Part shown: positions 1 through 9,018 of the stretch, one piece after another | Layout of the letters: each line of letters begins with the position of its first letter | Numbering within the stretch: position 1 is the stretch's first letter | Origin: an uncultured Planctomycetota bacterium | Lineage (GTDB): Bacteria > Planctomycetota > Phycisphaerae > Tepidisphaerales > Tepidisphaeraceae | NCBI GenBank assembly: GCA_963841915.1 | Contig: CAWJEN010000005.1 | Location: 992,001-1,056,000, forward strand | Direction: 5' to 3' | Length of the DNA stretch: 64,000 nt | Position numbers and translations under genes: made by a program | Notes under the pieces: generated by a model | What the model saw: only the letters and a program-made list of their open reading frames with translations | Databases searched by the model: none | Told to the model about the DNA's origin: nothing

Positions 1-1
1 C

Positions 2-808
2 CGGGCCAGAGGGTCGGCGACGAGCATCAAGTGCGCGTCGAATTTGCGGAGCGTCGGCCAGGGTCTGGCGATCTATGCCAATACCTACGGCGGTCAGTTG
101 CCGTTCGGTTACTGGGACGGCACAGCGCCGGGCACCGGTGGTTACAACGCAGACGCAGCTTCCGACTGGACGCTCCTCGTCAACGGAGAGCTCGACGATT
201 CGGACGGTTCCACCGTCGCAACAGCCACGCGGACCGGCAACATGCGCGAGTTCTTCCGCTGCCCCGTCGCACCGGTCGAAGCCACAGACGTCATCGCCCC
301 TACATACTCGGCCCACCCGCGGCTCATGCCCGACTTGGACATGCGTGATGCTTACGCCGAGCAGAGCGCCGCGGGTCCGAAGTACCTCAAGCCGTACAAG
401 CTTGCTCAGATCAAGGAGCCGACGGAGAAGGCCAACGTCTTCTGCGCCAGCATCCAGCCCGACGGCGGCGGTACGGGTCGCTACGCCGCCTCGCCGCACG
501 CATACCGGCTCGACGCCAGTCGCATTTCGCCCGGTTACCCCGTCGGGATCACCACGTGGCTGACCGACAACTACAACGTCGCGACCGTCACGTACCTGCG
601 GCCCGACGCGAACCTCGATATCTCAGCCGCCAACCCCGCGTCGCTCAACACCGATACGCCTGAGAACTGGGGCAACATCCGCTACCGCCACGGCGACGAC
701 GACAAGACCAACGTCCTGTTCGTCGATGGCCACACCAGCTCGTTCACCTTCAAAGACGCGACCGAGGGTCAGCTCAAGCGCAACAACGTCAACGTCTCGG
801 CCAACTAA
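2..808 (+). CDS. DUF1559-type / prepilin-like H-X9-DG protein (5'-truncated by window edge)
   Basis: Frame is open from base 2 (RARGSATSIKCASNLRSVGQGLAIYAN). C-terminal YRHGDDDKTNVLFVDGH motif. Confidence 0.85.
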   Translation, partial: RARGSATSIKCASNLRSVGQGLAIYANTYGGQLPFGYWDGTAPGTGGYNADAASDWTLLVNGELDDSDGSTVATATRTGNMREFFRCPVAPVEATDVIAPTYSAHPRLMPDLDMRDAYAEQSAAGPKYLKPYKLAQIKEPTEKANVFCASIQPDGGGTGRYAASPHAYRLDASRISPGYPVGITTWLTDNYNVATVTYLRPDANLDISAANPASLNTDTPENWGNIRYRHGDDDKTNVLFVDGHTSSFTFKDATEGQLKRNNVNVSAN

Positions 809-829
809 CCCACGTTCGGAGGAGTCGAC

Positions 830-2578
830 ATGAAGTTCTTTTTAAGCACCTTGTGCCTCGCCGCCCTCGCGGCAGGAAGCACGGCCACCATTGCCGCTGA
901 GGGCGAAACGCTCTACGCCGGCGTCGAAAACCTTCAGCGCAGCGGCACGTTGTCCGCCGATGAGGCGACCGTGGAGACCGTCGCTGTCGAGGGTGAATCA
1001 TTCACCACGGCTCGTCGCGTGACGACCCACGGCGCACCAAAGGAGCGGTGGGACATCGCGTTGGCCGAGGTCATTGATTTCGACGTCAAGCAGGGCGATG
1101 TCATCGCGCTGAGCTTCTCTGCCCGTACGGCAGAAGCGATGACCGAGCAGGGGCTGGTCTCGGTCGCGCTCGAGCAGAACTTCGAGCCGCACCGCAAGGT
1201 GGTCTCGGCCCAATTCGGCCCGCCCCGCGGGCAATGGCAGCAATATGACGTGCCGGTGGTCGCCCAGTACGACCTCGACGCCGGCGCTGCACAGGTGACG
1301 TTCCATCTTGGGTTCTCGCAGCAGACCGTTGATATCGCTGATCTGCGGATCGTCCGCTATGCGGCAGGGACCGACGTCACGACGCTGCCACGAACGCCCT
1401 TGTACTACCGCGGCATGGAAGACGATGCCGCCTGGCGAGTCGCGGCATTGGAACGGATCGAAGCTCATCGCAAGGCCGACCTGAAGATCGTCGTCATCAA
1501 CGCAGCCGGTAAGCCAATGGCGGATCAAGAGGTTCAGGTGACGATGGACCGGCTCGACTTCCAGCTCGGTGCCGCCGTGTCAGCCCGGGCGATCATCAGT
1601 TCTGGTGCGAAGGAAGACACGTACCGCAAGGTCATAGCTGATCATTTCAACACGATTGTCTTTGAAAACGACCTGAAGTGGCACGAAGACGCGGCGCGGC
1701 TCGACGACACGGAAGAGGCCATCGCATGGCTTGCCGAACGCGACATCGCCGTCCGCGGCCACGTGTTGTTGTGGCCGTCATATCGCTTCACGCCCAAGTT
1801 CCTCCAGGATCTTTCGCCTGAGGAAGTCCAGGCCGCGATCTACGACCGAATCGACACGCTCAGCGCCCGCTTCGCCGGCAGGCTCGTCGACTGGGACGTC
1901 ATCAACGAGCCGTACAACAACACGGACTACGAGAAACTGCTGGGCCGCGAGCTGTTCGTCGAGTGCTTCAAGCGGGCCCGCGCGGGCGATCCCCATGCCC
2001 GTCTGTTCCTCAACGACTGGGGCATCCTGTCGTCAGGCAACAAGACCGACACGGACCACCAGCAGCACTTCTACGACATGGTCCGCTACCTGCAGGACAA
2101 CGACGCCCCGATCGACGGTATCGGGTTTCAAGGCCACTTTGCGAGCACGCTGACGGAGCCGGAAAACCTGCTGGCGATCTATGACCGGTTTGCAGACTTG
2201 GGCCTGCCGATCGTGGTCTCGGAGTTCGACATCAGCATCGGCGACCGTGACGTGCAGGCGTCGTACATGCGGGACTTTCTGACGGCGGCGTTCAGCCACC
2301 GGTCCGTCGATGGCGTGCTGCAGTGGGGCTTCTACGAGAACCGCCACTGGCAGCCGCAGGCGGCGCTGTACGACAAGGACTGGAATCTGCTGCCGCACGG
2401 CAAGGTGTTCCTCGACCTGCTCGACGAATGGCGTACCGACGCCACGCTCACCACCGATAACGACGGCACCGCCACCCTGCGGGCTTACCGCGGCAACTAC
2501 ACGATCCAAATGGGACAACAGCGGGAAACGTTCACGCTGCCCGAGGAGGGTGCGACGCTCACGCTCACGATCCAGTGA
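830..2578 (+). CDS. Secreted GH10 endo-1,4-beta-xylanase-family protein with N-terminal CBM-like domain
   Basis: Signal peptide; FENDLKW, VRGHVLLW, WDVINEP, IDGIGFQGHF and VSEFD motifs; GGAGGAG RBS upstream. Confidence 0.9.
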   Translation: MKFFLSTLCLAALAAGSTATIAAEGETLYAGVENLQRSGTLSADEATVETVAVEGESFTTARRVTTHGAPKERWDIALAEVIDFDVKQGDVIALSFSARTAEAMTEQGLVSVALEQNFEPHRKVVSAQFGPPRGQWQQYDVPVVAQYDLDAGAAQVTFHLGFSQQTVDIADLRIVRYAAGTDVTTLPRTPLYYRGMEDDAAWRVAALERIEAHRKADLKIVVINAAGKPMADQEVQVTMDRLDFQLGAAVSARAIISSGAKEDTYRKVIADHFNTIVFENDLKWHEDAARLDDTEEAIAWLAERDIAVRGHVLLWPSYRFTPKFLQDLSPEEVQAAIYDRIDTLSARFAGRLVDWDVINEPYNNTDYEKLLGRELFVECFKRARAGDPHARLFLNDWGILSSGNKTDTDHQQHFYDMVRYLQDNDAPIDGIGFQGHFASTLTEPENLLAIYDRFADLGLPIVVSEFDISIGDRDVQASYMRDFLTAAFSHRSVDGVLQWGFYENRHWQPQAALYDKDWNLLPHGKVFLDLLDEWRTDATLTTDNDGTATLRAYRGNYTIQMGQQRETFTLPEEGATLTLTIQ

Positions 2579-2637
2579 GCGACGCACCGGCATCTATCTG
2601 TGGCCGATCCGTCGGCCGTTCAAAGGAGAAACGAACC

Positions 2638-3321
2638 ATGCGCAACACCATCCTGCTGACCCTCTCGCTCGCCACCGCGACGCTAACCCCGGCCGCTTCG
2701 GCTGACATCATTGCCGCCTACGACTTCGGCACGCCAAGCGCCAGCACCCTCGGCGCTACGACAATCGATGACGACGCGACCGCTACGTCCTTTACCGGCA
2801 GTCCCACGGTCAACGGCCAAGCCACCTCCGTCGTCGGCACGTCGCAGAACCAGGGCTACCCCGACGAGCCGTTTTTCATCATCAGCCGCGCCAGCACCAC
2901 GGAAGGGTCCGACCCGGCCAACGTCTACTTCGAGTTCACCGTTGCCGCCGATGCCGGCTTTGAGCTGGATCTGACGAGCCTCGACTTCGATGCCGCCCGT
3001 GGCGGCGGTGCAACGCCCCGGACCTACGACATCTTTACAAGCGTCGACGGCTTTGCGACCAGCGTCACAGGCGGCCCGGTTGAACTGGTAACTGCACGGC
3101 CCAACTTCACACCGATCAGCATCGACCTCACTGACGCGGCGTATCAGGATCTGTCGACGATTACGTTCCGCGTGAACATCTTCGCCCCGAACCCTGGCCA
3201 GAACATTGATTTTGACAACGTTGTCGTCAACGGCACGGTTGCCGCCGTTCCGGAGCCGGCCGCGATGTCGGCCGTCGGTGCCGGCCTCATGCTGGTTGGC
3301 CTGCGTCGCCGTGCTCACTGA
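2638..3321 (+). CDS. PEP-CTERM sorting-domain protein
   Basis: AAGGAG RBS before ATG 2638; signal peptide; VPEP + hydrophobic helix + RRRAH tail. Confidence 0.9.
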   Translation: MRNTILLTLSLATATLTPAASADIIAAYDFGTPSASTLGATTIDDDATATSFTGSPTVNGQATSVVGTSQNQGYPDEPFFIISRASTTEGSDPANVYFEFTVAADAGFELDLTSLDFDAARGGGATPRTYDIFTSVDGFATSVTGGPVELVTARPNFTPISIDLTDAAYQDLSTITFRVNIFAPNPGQNIDFDNVVVNGTVAAVPEPAAMSAVGAGLMLVGLRRRAH

Positions 3322-3343
3322 GCAAGGGTTTACCATTATCCTC

Positions 3344-3385
3344 AAAGAGGACGGCGTCCTTCGCGCGGGAAGGACGCCGTTCTTT
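3344..3385. terminator. Bidirectional intrinsic terminator
   Basis: ACGGCGTCCTTC / GAAGGACGCCGT stem flanked by A and T tracts, between convergent genes. Confidence 0.75.
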
Positions 3386-3387
3386 GA

Positions 3388-4278
3388 TTACTGCCGTGGC
3401 AGCAGAATTGTGAACGTCGCTCCACCACCTGCCGAACTGTTGGCGGTGACGGTGCCGTCGTGGGCGTCGATGATGCGACGCGTGATGGCCAAGCCCAGTC
3501 CCGTGCCGCCTTTGCGACGGGTGTAGTACGGGTCGAACAAGCGGGGCAGATCATTGGCAGCGATGCCGGGGCCGGTGTCGCTGACGTCTATTCGAACGGC
3601 CGCTCGCGTGGGCGGTGACAGGCGGTCAGGCCGCACCGTCAGCGTCACGCTGCCACCCTCGGGCGTAAACTGGATCGCGTTGAGCAGCAGATTCAACAGC
3701 GCCTGCCGAATCAGATTCTCGTCGACCTTGGCCGTCAGACTTGAGGCGTCGCCGATTGTCTTGGCGGTGACGCGCACCCTGGCTGCCGACGCCTGCGGCT
3801 CGAGGAAGTCGATGAGATCCTCGGCCACCTCGGCCAGCGGCGTGGGCTTGCGCTCAGGCTCGATGCGGCCGGCGTAGCGGAGGAAGCCGTCGAGAATTTC
3901 GCGGAGTCGGCCTGCTTCTTTGGTGACACCGTCAAGCCGCCGCCTCATGCGGCCGAGCACCTTCTTGCGTTCCTCCAGCTCGTCCGATCGCGGGACTGCC
4001 AGTCGGTCCATGCGGTCGTCGAGCTGCTCGCTGAGCAACTGCAGGTTGAGCTGCAGTGTGCTGAGCGGGTTCTTGATTTCGTGGGCGAGGCCGGCCGTGA
4101 GCATGCCGAGCTCGCCGAGCCGTTCTGCCCGGGCGGTACGGCGTTCAAGCTGAACGAATTTGCAAACGACGAAGATCGCCCCGATGCCGGCCGCGGCGAG
4201 CGTGACGGCCGCACCGACAATAAGGCCGTACCCGAAGGCGGCGGCAAGAACGGGCTGACTCAGGAAAGGAAGCGACAA
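3388..4278 (-). CDS. Sensor histidine kinase (N-terminal TM, HisKA + HATPase)
   Basis: LAHEIKNPL H-box, NLLLNAIQF N-box, DTGPGI, GGTGLGLAI. Confidence 0.9.
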   Translation of the reverse strand: MSLPFLSQPVLAAAFGYGLIVGAAVTLAAAGIGAIFVVCKFVQLERRTARAERLGELGMLTAGLAHEIKNPLSTLQLNLQLLSEQLDDRMDRLAVPRSDELEERKKVLGRMRRRLDGVTKEAGRLREILDGFLRYAGRIEPERKPTPLAEVAEDLIDFLEPQASAARVRVTAKTIGDASSLTAKVDENLIRQALLNLLLNAIQFTPEGGSVTLTVRPDRLSPPTRAAVRIDVSDTGPGIAANDLPRLFDPYYTRRKGGTGLGLAITRRIIDAHDGTVTANSSAGGGATFTILLPRQ

Positions 4279-4307
4279 CGCGAGACGCTAGAAGGCAAGA
4301 GCCGGCT

Positions 4308-4955
4308 TTAACCGACGTAGCCGTCATCGTCGTCATCGACCGGCAGGCCGTGGTCGATCTGCGACCGACCGACGGAGCCGACGGTCGAGCGGGTGGGTGC
4401 GCTACGGCCGTGTTCTTCGGGCGGTGCTTCGATGGAGGGGCGACGGCCGTAGCCGTTGCCGCCACCGCTGTTGGCGTAGTTGCCGTTCCCACCGTCGTTG
4501 CGGCGGGGCTTGTCGCGATGGCCTCCTTGTTTAGAGGCGGACTTGAAGCCGCCGTGCTGCTTGGCCGGGCCTTGTTGTGGCTGCCGTTTTGCGGGGCGAT
4601 CGGACTCCTGCTGGGGCTTCTTTTCGGACGGTTCCGGCGGGTCGAGGCGGCGGACGTCGATCGCGTGAAACCCTTTGTCGCCGCGACTCATGGAGTAGCT
4701 GACGGGCTCGCCGTCTTTAAGGGTGCGAAAGCCGTTGCCCCCGATGGCCGAGAAGTGAACGAAGACGTCTTCACCTTCGGGCCCGCCGATAAAGCCGAAC
4801 CCTTTCTTGACGTCGAACCACTTTACTTCGCCTTCGACACGTTCCTCATCGCCTTGGCTGTCATTGCTGGCGTGGTCGGTGGTAACGGCTGCTTCGGCCG
4901 ACACGGCCGACGATTCGGTTGTTTCTTCTTGCGGCATTTGGAAATCCTCGGGCAA
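4308..4955 (-). CDS. Cold-shock domain protein with long low-complexity C-terminal tail
   Basis: GEVKWFDVKKGFGFI and DVFVHFSAI (RNP1/RNP2). Start may be 4937. Confidence 0.88.
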   Translation of the reverse strand: MPEDFQMPQEETTESSAVSAEAAVTTDHASNDSQGDEERVEGEVKWFDVKKGFGFIGGPEGEDVFVHFSAIGGNGFRTLKDGEPVSYSMSRGDKGFHAIDVRRLDPPEPSEKKPQQESDRPAKRQPQQGPAKQHGGFKSASKQGGHRDKPRRNDGGNGNYANSGGGNGYGRRPSIEAPPEEHGRSAPTRSTVGSVGRSQIDHGLPVDDDDDGYVG

Positions 4956-5145
4956 AGCGCCCGCTTTTGCTACTGATGCTGACCGGTCCTTATAGCCCCA
5001 CGTCTCGGCCTCGTCTTGTCAGCGTAAGCCTTTGCTGCTGCGCCGCAAGGTCTTCACCACCTGGCACTGCAAGAAGCCGCCTCTGGATCATCGATCTCTT
5101 TGCCCGACCAGCACTTTGTCCCGCTCACCAGCTGCCTTCACCCGC

Positions 5146-5565
5146 GTGACCGATTTGCACCCGACCCATCCGTTAGTCCCGTCTGCTCCCACTCGGGGCC
5201 GGATCCTGCTTGTCGAGGACGAGCGGTCCACCCGCGACGCAATGACGCTTTTGCTGAGACGAAACGGCTGGACGACGGCTCCTGCCGAGGACGTGTCTCA
5301 AGCGTTGTCTGCTGTGTCCAACGGTGAGGAGTTTGAGGCGGTCATCATCGACGTGCATCTGCCCGACGGTGACGGCATTGAATTGGCCCGTAAGATCCGC
5401 AAGACCGTCGGCGACGGACCACGCATCGTCATACTCAGCGGTGACCACTCCGTCACGACCCTCGCTCGCCTTAATGACGTCGGCGTCGATCGCTTCATCG
5501 GCAAGCCGCTCAGTTTCGACGCCCTGCTGCATGCCCTCGACGGTGGCGGGCCAACGGACGAGTAA
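5146..5565 (+). CDS. Single-domain response regulator (receiver)
   Basis: ILLVEDE, IIDVHLPDGDG, ILSG, FIGKP. Start uncertain. Confidence 0.85.
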   Translation: MTDLHPTHPLVPSAPTRGRILLVEDERSTRDAMTLLLRRNGWTTAPAEDVSQALSAVSNGEEFEAVIIDVHLPDGDGIELARKIRKTVGDGPRIVILSGDHSVTTLARLNDVGVDRFIGKPLSFDALLHALDGGGPTDE

Positions 5566-5581
5566 GCCCTACGCTGACGCC

Positions 5582-6619
5582 ATGGCACGCGAGCGACTTG
5601 TTTCCGCTCAAGCGCAGGACAACGTCGAAAAGCGGGTCAATTTCGCCCTTCGGCCCGAGACGTTCGGCCAGTATGTCGGCCAGTCCGAACTGCTCCGCAA
5701 GCTCAAAATCGCCGTCCAGGCGGCCGAGGGGCGGGAAGAACCAGTCGACCACTGCCTTTTTCACGGTCCGCCGGGGTTGGGTAAGACCACGCTCGCACAC
5801 GTCATCGCCAACGAGATCGGCACCCGCGTTCACGTCACGACGGGTCCGGCCCTGACCAAGCCGGCAGACCTGGTGGGCGTGGTTTCCAATCTCGGGCATC
5901 GCGACGTTTTGTTCATCGACGAGATTCACCGCCTCAGCCGCGTGGTCGAGGAGTACCTGTACAGCGCGATGGAGGACTACAAGGTCGACATCACGCTCGA
6001 TGCCGGTGCGCACGCCCGGGTGATGACGATGAACGTCAAGCCGTTCACGCTGATCGGTGCGACGACGCGACTCGGGTTGCTGACAGCACCGATGCGGTCG
6101 CGCTTCGGACTGGTCGAGCACCTGGAGTTTTACCCGAAGGCCGACCTGGAGAAGATCTTGGCCGGGAGCGTCGAGAAGCTGAAGGTGGAGGCCGAGGCCG
6201 AAGCGTTGTCGGAACTGGCGGGGCGAAGCCGCGGGACGCCGCGGGTGGCGAATCGGCTGCTGAGGCGGGTCCGTGACTTTGCCGCCGTCGAGGCCGATGG
6301 CAGGCTGACGATCGACGTGACGAAGCGGTCGCTCGAGCTCGAAGGCATCGATGACCGCGGCCTCGACAATCAGGACCGGCAGATGCTGCTCTCGATCATC
6401 AACGTTTACGAGGGCGGCCCCGCAGGCGTCGATGCCATCGCCGCCACGCTGGGCGAAGAGCGTGACACGCTCGAAGATGTCGTCGAGCCGTTCCTGCTCC
6501 AGCAGGGATTGCTCACCCGCACCCGCCAAGGCAGGCGTGTCACCGCCAAGGCGTACGCGCACCTCGGCATCGCCTGCCCTTCACGCGACGACGAACAACC
6601 GTCGACCGACGCTGCGTGA
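5582..6619 (+). CDS. ruvB: Holliday junction branch migration helicase RuvB
   Basis: LRPETF, GPPGLGKTT, LFIDEIHRL, SRGTPRVANRLLRRVRD, EPFLLQQG. Confidence 0.97.
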   Translation: MARERLVSAQAQDNVEKRVNFALRPETFGQYVGQSELLRKLKIAVQAAEGREEPVDHCLFHGPPGLGKTTLAHVIANEIGTRVHVTTGPALTKPADLVGVVSNLGHRDVLFIDEIHRLSRVVEEYLYSAMEDYKVDITLDAGAHARVMTMNVKPFTLIGATTRLGLLTAPMRSRFGLVEHLEFYPKADLEKILAGSVEKLKVEAEAEALSELAGRSRGTPRVANRLLRRVRDFAAVEADGRLTIDVTKRSLELEGIDDRGLDNQDRQMLLSIINVYEGGPAGVDAIAATLGEERDTLEDVVEPFLLQQGLLTRTRQGRRVTAKAYAHLGIACPSRDDEQPSTDAA

Positions 6620-6700
6620 GCTAGACGATGCAAAGGTGGCTGCGGATCTGCGACCCGCAGCCAGGCTTCGCCGACTTCCTGCGCTGACAGCAAACAGGTT

Positions 6701-6919
6701 TCAGCTCGCCTCTTCGACCTCTGCCATGGCGACGATGGCTTGGGCGATCTTGACGTACTTGAGCTTGGCCAGCTCTTCGATGCTGTCGACGCCGAAGGCG
6801 TCTTTGAGGTGCTTGGCGTCACCCTCGCTCACACCTTGGATGGCGTGAACCGGAGCCCTTGCGATCTCGCGGAAGCTCTTGTCCTCGTACGACTTCATCA
6901 CGGCGTTGTTGATGTTCAT
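6701..6919 (-). CDS. Small conserved helix-hairpin-helix-like protein
   Basis: 72 aa, MNINNAVMKSYEDKS...APVHAIQGVSEGDAKHLKDAFGVDSIEELA, strong codon bias. Confidence 0.7.
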   Translation of the reverse strand: MNINNAVMKSYEDKSFREIARAPVHAIQGVSEGDAKHLKDAFGVDSIEELAKLKYVKIAQAIVAMAEVEEAS

Positions 6920-6951
6920 GGGGTTGCAAGATAACGACAAGGCGTTGACGG

Positions 6952-8166
6952 TCAACTTTCCATGCGGTCCAACTGGACGACGGCCAGTGGGCCGAAGATC
7001 AACACCGGCAGCCACGCCATCGTCGCCGGCCAACGCGACAGCAACGCGTCGGACAAGAACGGCGGTGGCTCTCGGGCGGCCATCTGGCACGCGAATGTCG
7101 CCCCCATGGCCAGGCCGACGACGATGAGTGTCCGCCTCGCCGCCAGGCGTAGTGCCCCGGGCTGCCGCGTCAGGACCGCAGGCACCGCCAGCAGGATGAG
7201 GACGAGGTTCATGAAGTGCCCGCTCAGCCGCGCGTGCTTGGCCCGCAGCAGGTCGGCCGACACGCCACCACCCGGGCGGCTCAGCAGATTGTGAATCTGT
7301 CGCGTGCTGAGCAGGTCGAAGTAGCTGCCACCGGCCCCGACGCTAAGGTCGGCGGCGTGGGCGAGCTCCAGATCGACAGGCCGTAGGGCCGTTTCCCAGA
7401 AGTCGAGCACCTGCGCGTCGGGCGGGCGGACGCCCGTCATGTCGCCTGCCCCGATGAGGTCGTCGACCCGGCGGCCGTTGGTAAGCTGCCATCCGCCGGC
7501 CGCCTCGTCGAAGAGCGCGATGTCTGCCGTCGTCAGCGACAACGTTCGGGCTTGCTCGTCTCGCCGAACGATCGTCACCAATTCTGCCTGCGGCACGACA
7601 TCCTCACCCGGCACGGCAGGCATGAATCGGCCTGCAAGAAAGACCTGACCATCACCGGCCTGCGTCGGCTCGATTGCGTACGCCTCCCGCTCCCCGGCGG
7701 CGGCCTCCCAACGCTCCAGTGTCAGCCAGCCGGCCAGACGTGGGATCACGAACTCCTGGTTGATCGGCTGAACAATCAGGTTGATCGCCAGCGACGCCAA
7801 CACCACCGGTGCCGCCACCCGCAGCAACGGAACACCGGCGGCCAGGAGCGCGGTGAGCTCGTTGAACCGACTCATCCGCATGAGCGTAAAGGCGGCGGCG
7901 ACGACCGGAATGACGCCCGCGAGCTGGCCGTAGATGAAGAGCGCCTGGGCGAGGTAGTAGCTGCCGATGCCCCGCATCCAGTCACCGAAGGTGGCGTCTT
8001 CGCCTCCACGGCCGAGCTCATCAAAGTTGAAGAACGCGTCCATCATCACGTAGAGCCCGATGAGAACCACGAGGGCAATGACGTAGTTCTTGAGGAACGA
8101 GCCGAGAATGTAGCGGTCGATCTGCGTCAACAGGGCAAGCGTAAGCGCAACGAGAACAGGCCGCAC
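6952..8166 (-). CDS. LptF/LptG family permease
   Basis: IDRYILGSFLK, RFNELTALLAAGVP, 3+3 TM layout around a periplasmic domain. Confidence 0.88.
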   Translation of the reverse strand: MRPVLVALTLALLTQIDRYILGSFLKNYVIALVVLIGLYVMMDAFFNFDELGRGGEDATFGDWMRGIGSYYLAQALFIYGQLAGVIPVVAAAFTLMRMSRFNELTALLAAGVPLLRVAAPVVLASLAINLIVQPINQEFVIPRLAGWLTLERWEAAAGEREAYAIEPTQAGDGQVFLAGRFMPAVPGEDVVPQAELVTIVRRDEQARTLSLTTADIALFDEAAGGWQLTNGRRVDDLIGAGDMTGVRPPDAQVLDFWETALRPVDLELAHAADLSVGAGGSYFDLLSTRQIHNLLSRPGGGVSADLLRAKHARLSGHFMNLVLILLAVPAVLTRQPGALRLAARRTLIVVGLAMGATFACQMAAREPPPFLSDALLSRWPATMAWLPVLIFGPLAVVQLDRMES

Positions 8167-8214
8167 CCGAAGGCGCGGCCCGTTGATTTGTGCGAAGCCG
8201 AAGCTTCAGCCGAT

Positions 8215-8829
8215 TCAGGCGCGACGACGACGCAGCATGGCGAGGCCGCCGAGACCGGCCATAGCGGCGGTGGTCGGCTCAGGGATGGCGATGAAGAAGT
8301 TCAGGACGTAATCGCCGCCAACATCGATGCCGCTGCTGACAGCGGTGTCGACGGTGGGTCCGAAGACGACTTGGAACTCACCGAGAACGGCCGTGTACTG
8401 GCCAGCGGCGAGGAAGGGGCCGTCTTCGCCGTCGGCGATGCCGTCGCCACCGAGGTTGAAGCTGTCGCCGAGCATCATGCCCGAACCGACACCAAAGCTC
8501 AGCGTGCTGTCGACGCCGATGCCGTCGTCGTCGTCGTTACCCACGAGCACGGTGGAGGCAGCATTAAAGATGCTGCCGGCGTAAAGACCGATTTCGGTGT
8601 CGAAGTCGGTGCCATTCGACGTGATGTCGAGGTAGTCACCCTCAGAGGCGTCGATCGACGTCGGCAGCGTGAACGTGACATAGACGAGCTCGTTGGGAGC
8701 AATGCTACCGGTGAGCGTGGTCGGAACGCGGCTCGGCGACGGCAGGACGCCGAGATCAATGACGACGGCCTGAGCCGTTGCGGTGGCTGCGGCAACGATG
8801 GCGCCGGCGGCAAGTAGTGTGGTCTTCAT
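8215..8829 (-). CDS. PEP-CTERM sorting-domain protein
   Basis: Signal peptide MKTTLLAAGA; DTEIGLY...NDDDD; IPEP-TM-RRRRA. Confidence 0.9.
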   Translation of the reverse strand: MKTTLLAAGAIVAAATATAQAVVIDLGVLPSPSRVPTTLTGSIAPNELVYVTFTLPTSIDASEGDYLDITSNGTDFDTEIGLYAGSIFNAASTVLVGNDDDDGIGVDSTLSFGVGSGMMLGDSFNLGGDGIADGEDGPFLAAGQYTAVLGEFQVVFGPTVDTAVSSGIDVGGDYVLNFFIAIPEPTTAAMAGLGGLAMLRRRRA

Positions 8830-9018
8830 GCGTGCTTCTTTCCCCTGAGGAATATGAAATTCGGTGTCTCTCCCGCTCCCGCACAAGCGGTGCCGCGGCT
8901 AAGGGCCGATCCCGGTTCGGGTATCAGCCTCGGCACCTTATCAGCCTTGGCCCTCCTGCTGCAAGCGCATATGCAAATTTTGCCACATCGCGCCAGGTGC
9001 AATCGTCTCCGGCCCGTT

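Noticed and set aside
8960..9000. Sigma-54 promoter upstream of a PEP-CTERM gene
   Set aside because: The GG-to-GC spacing does not fit the required -24/-12 geometry.
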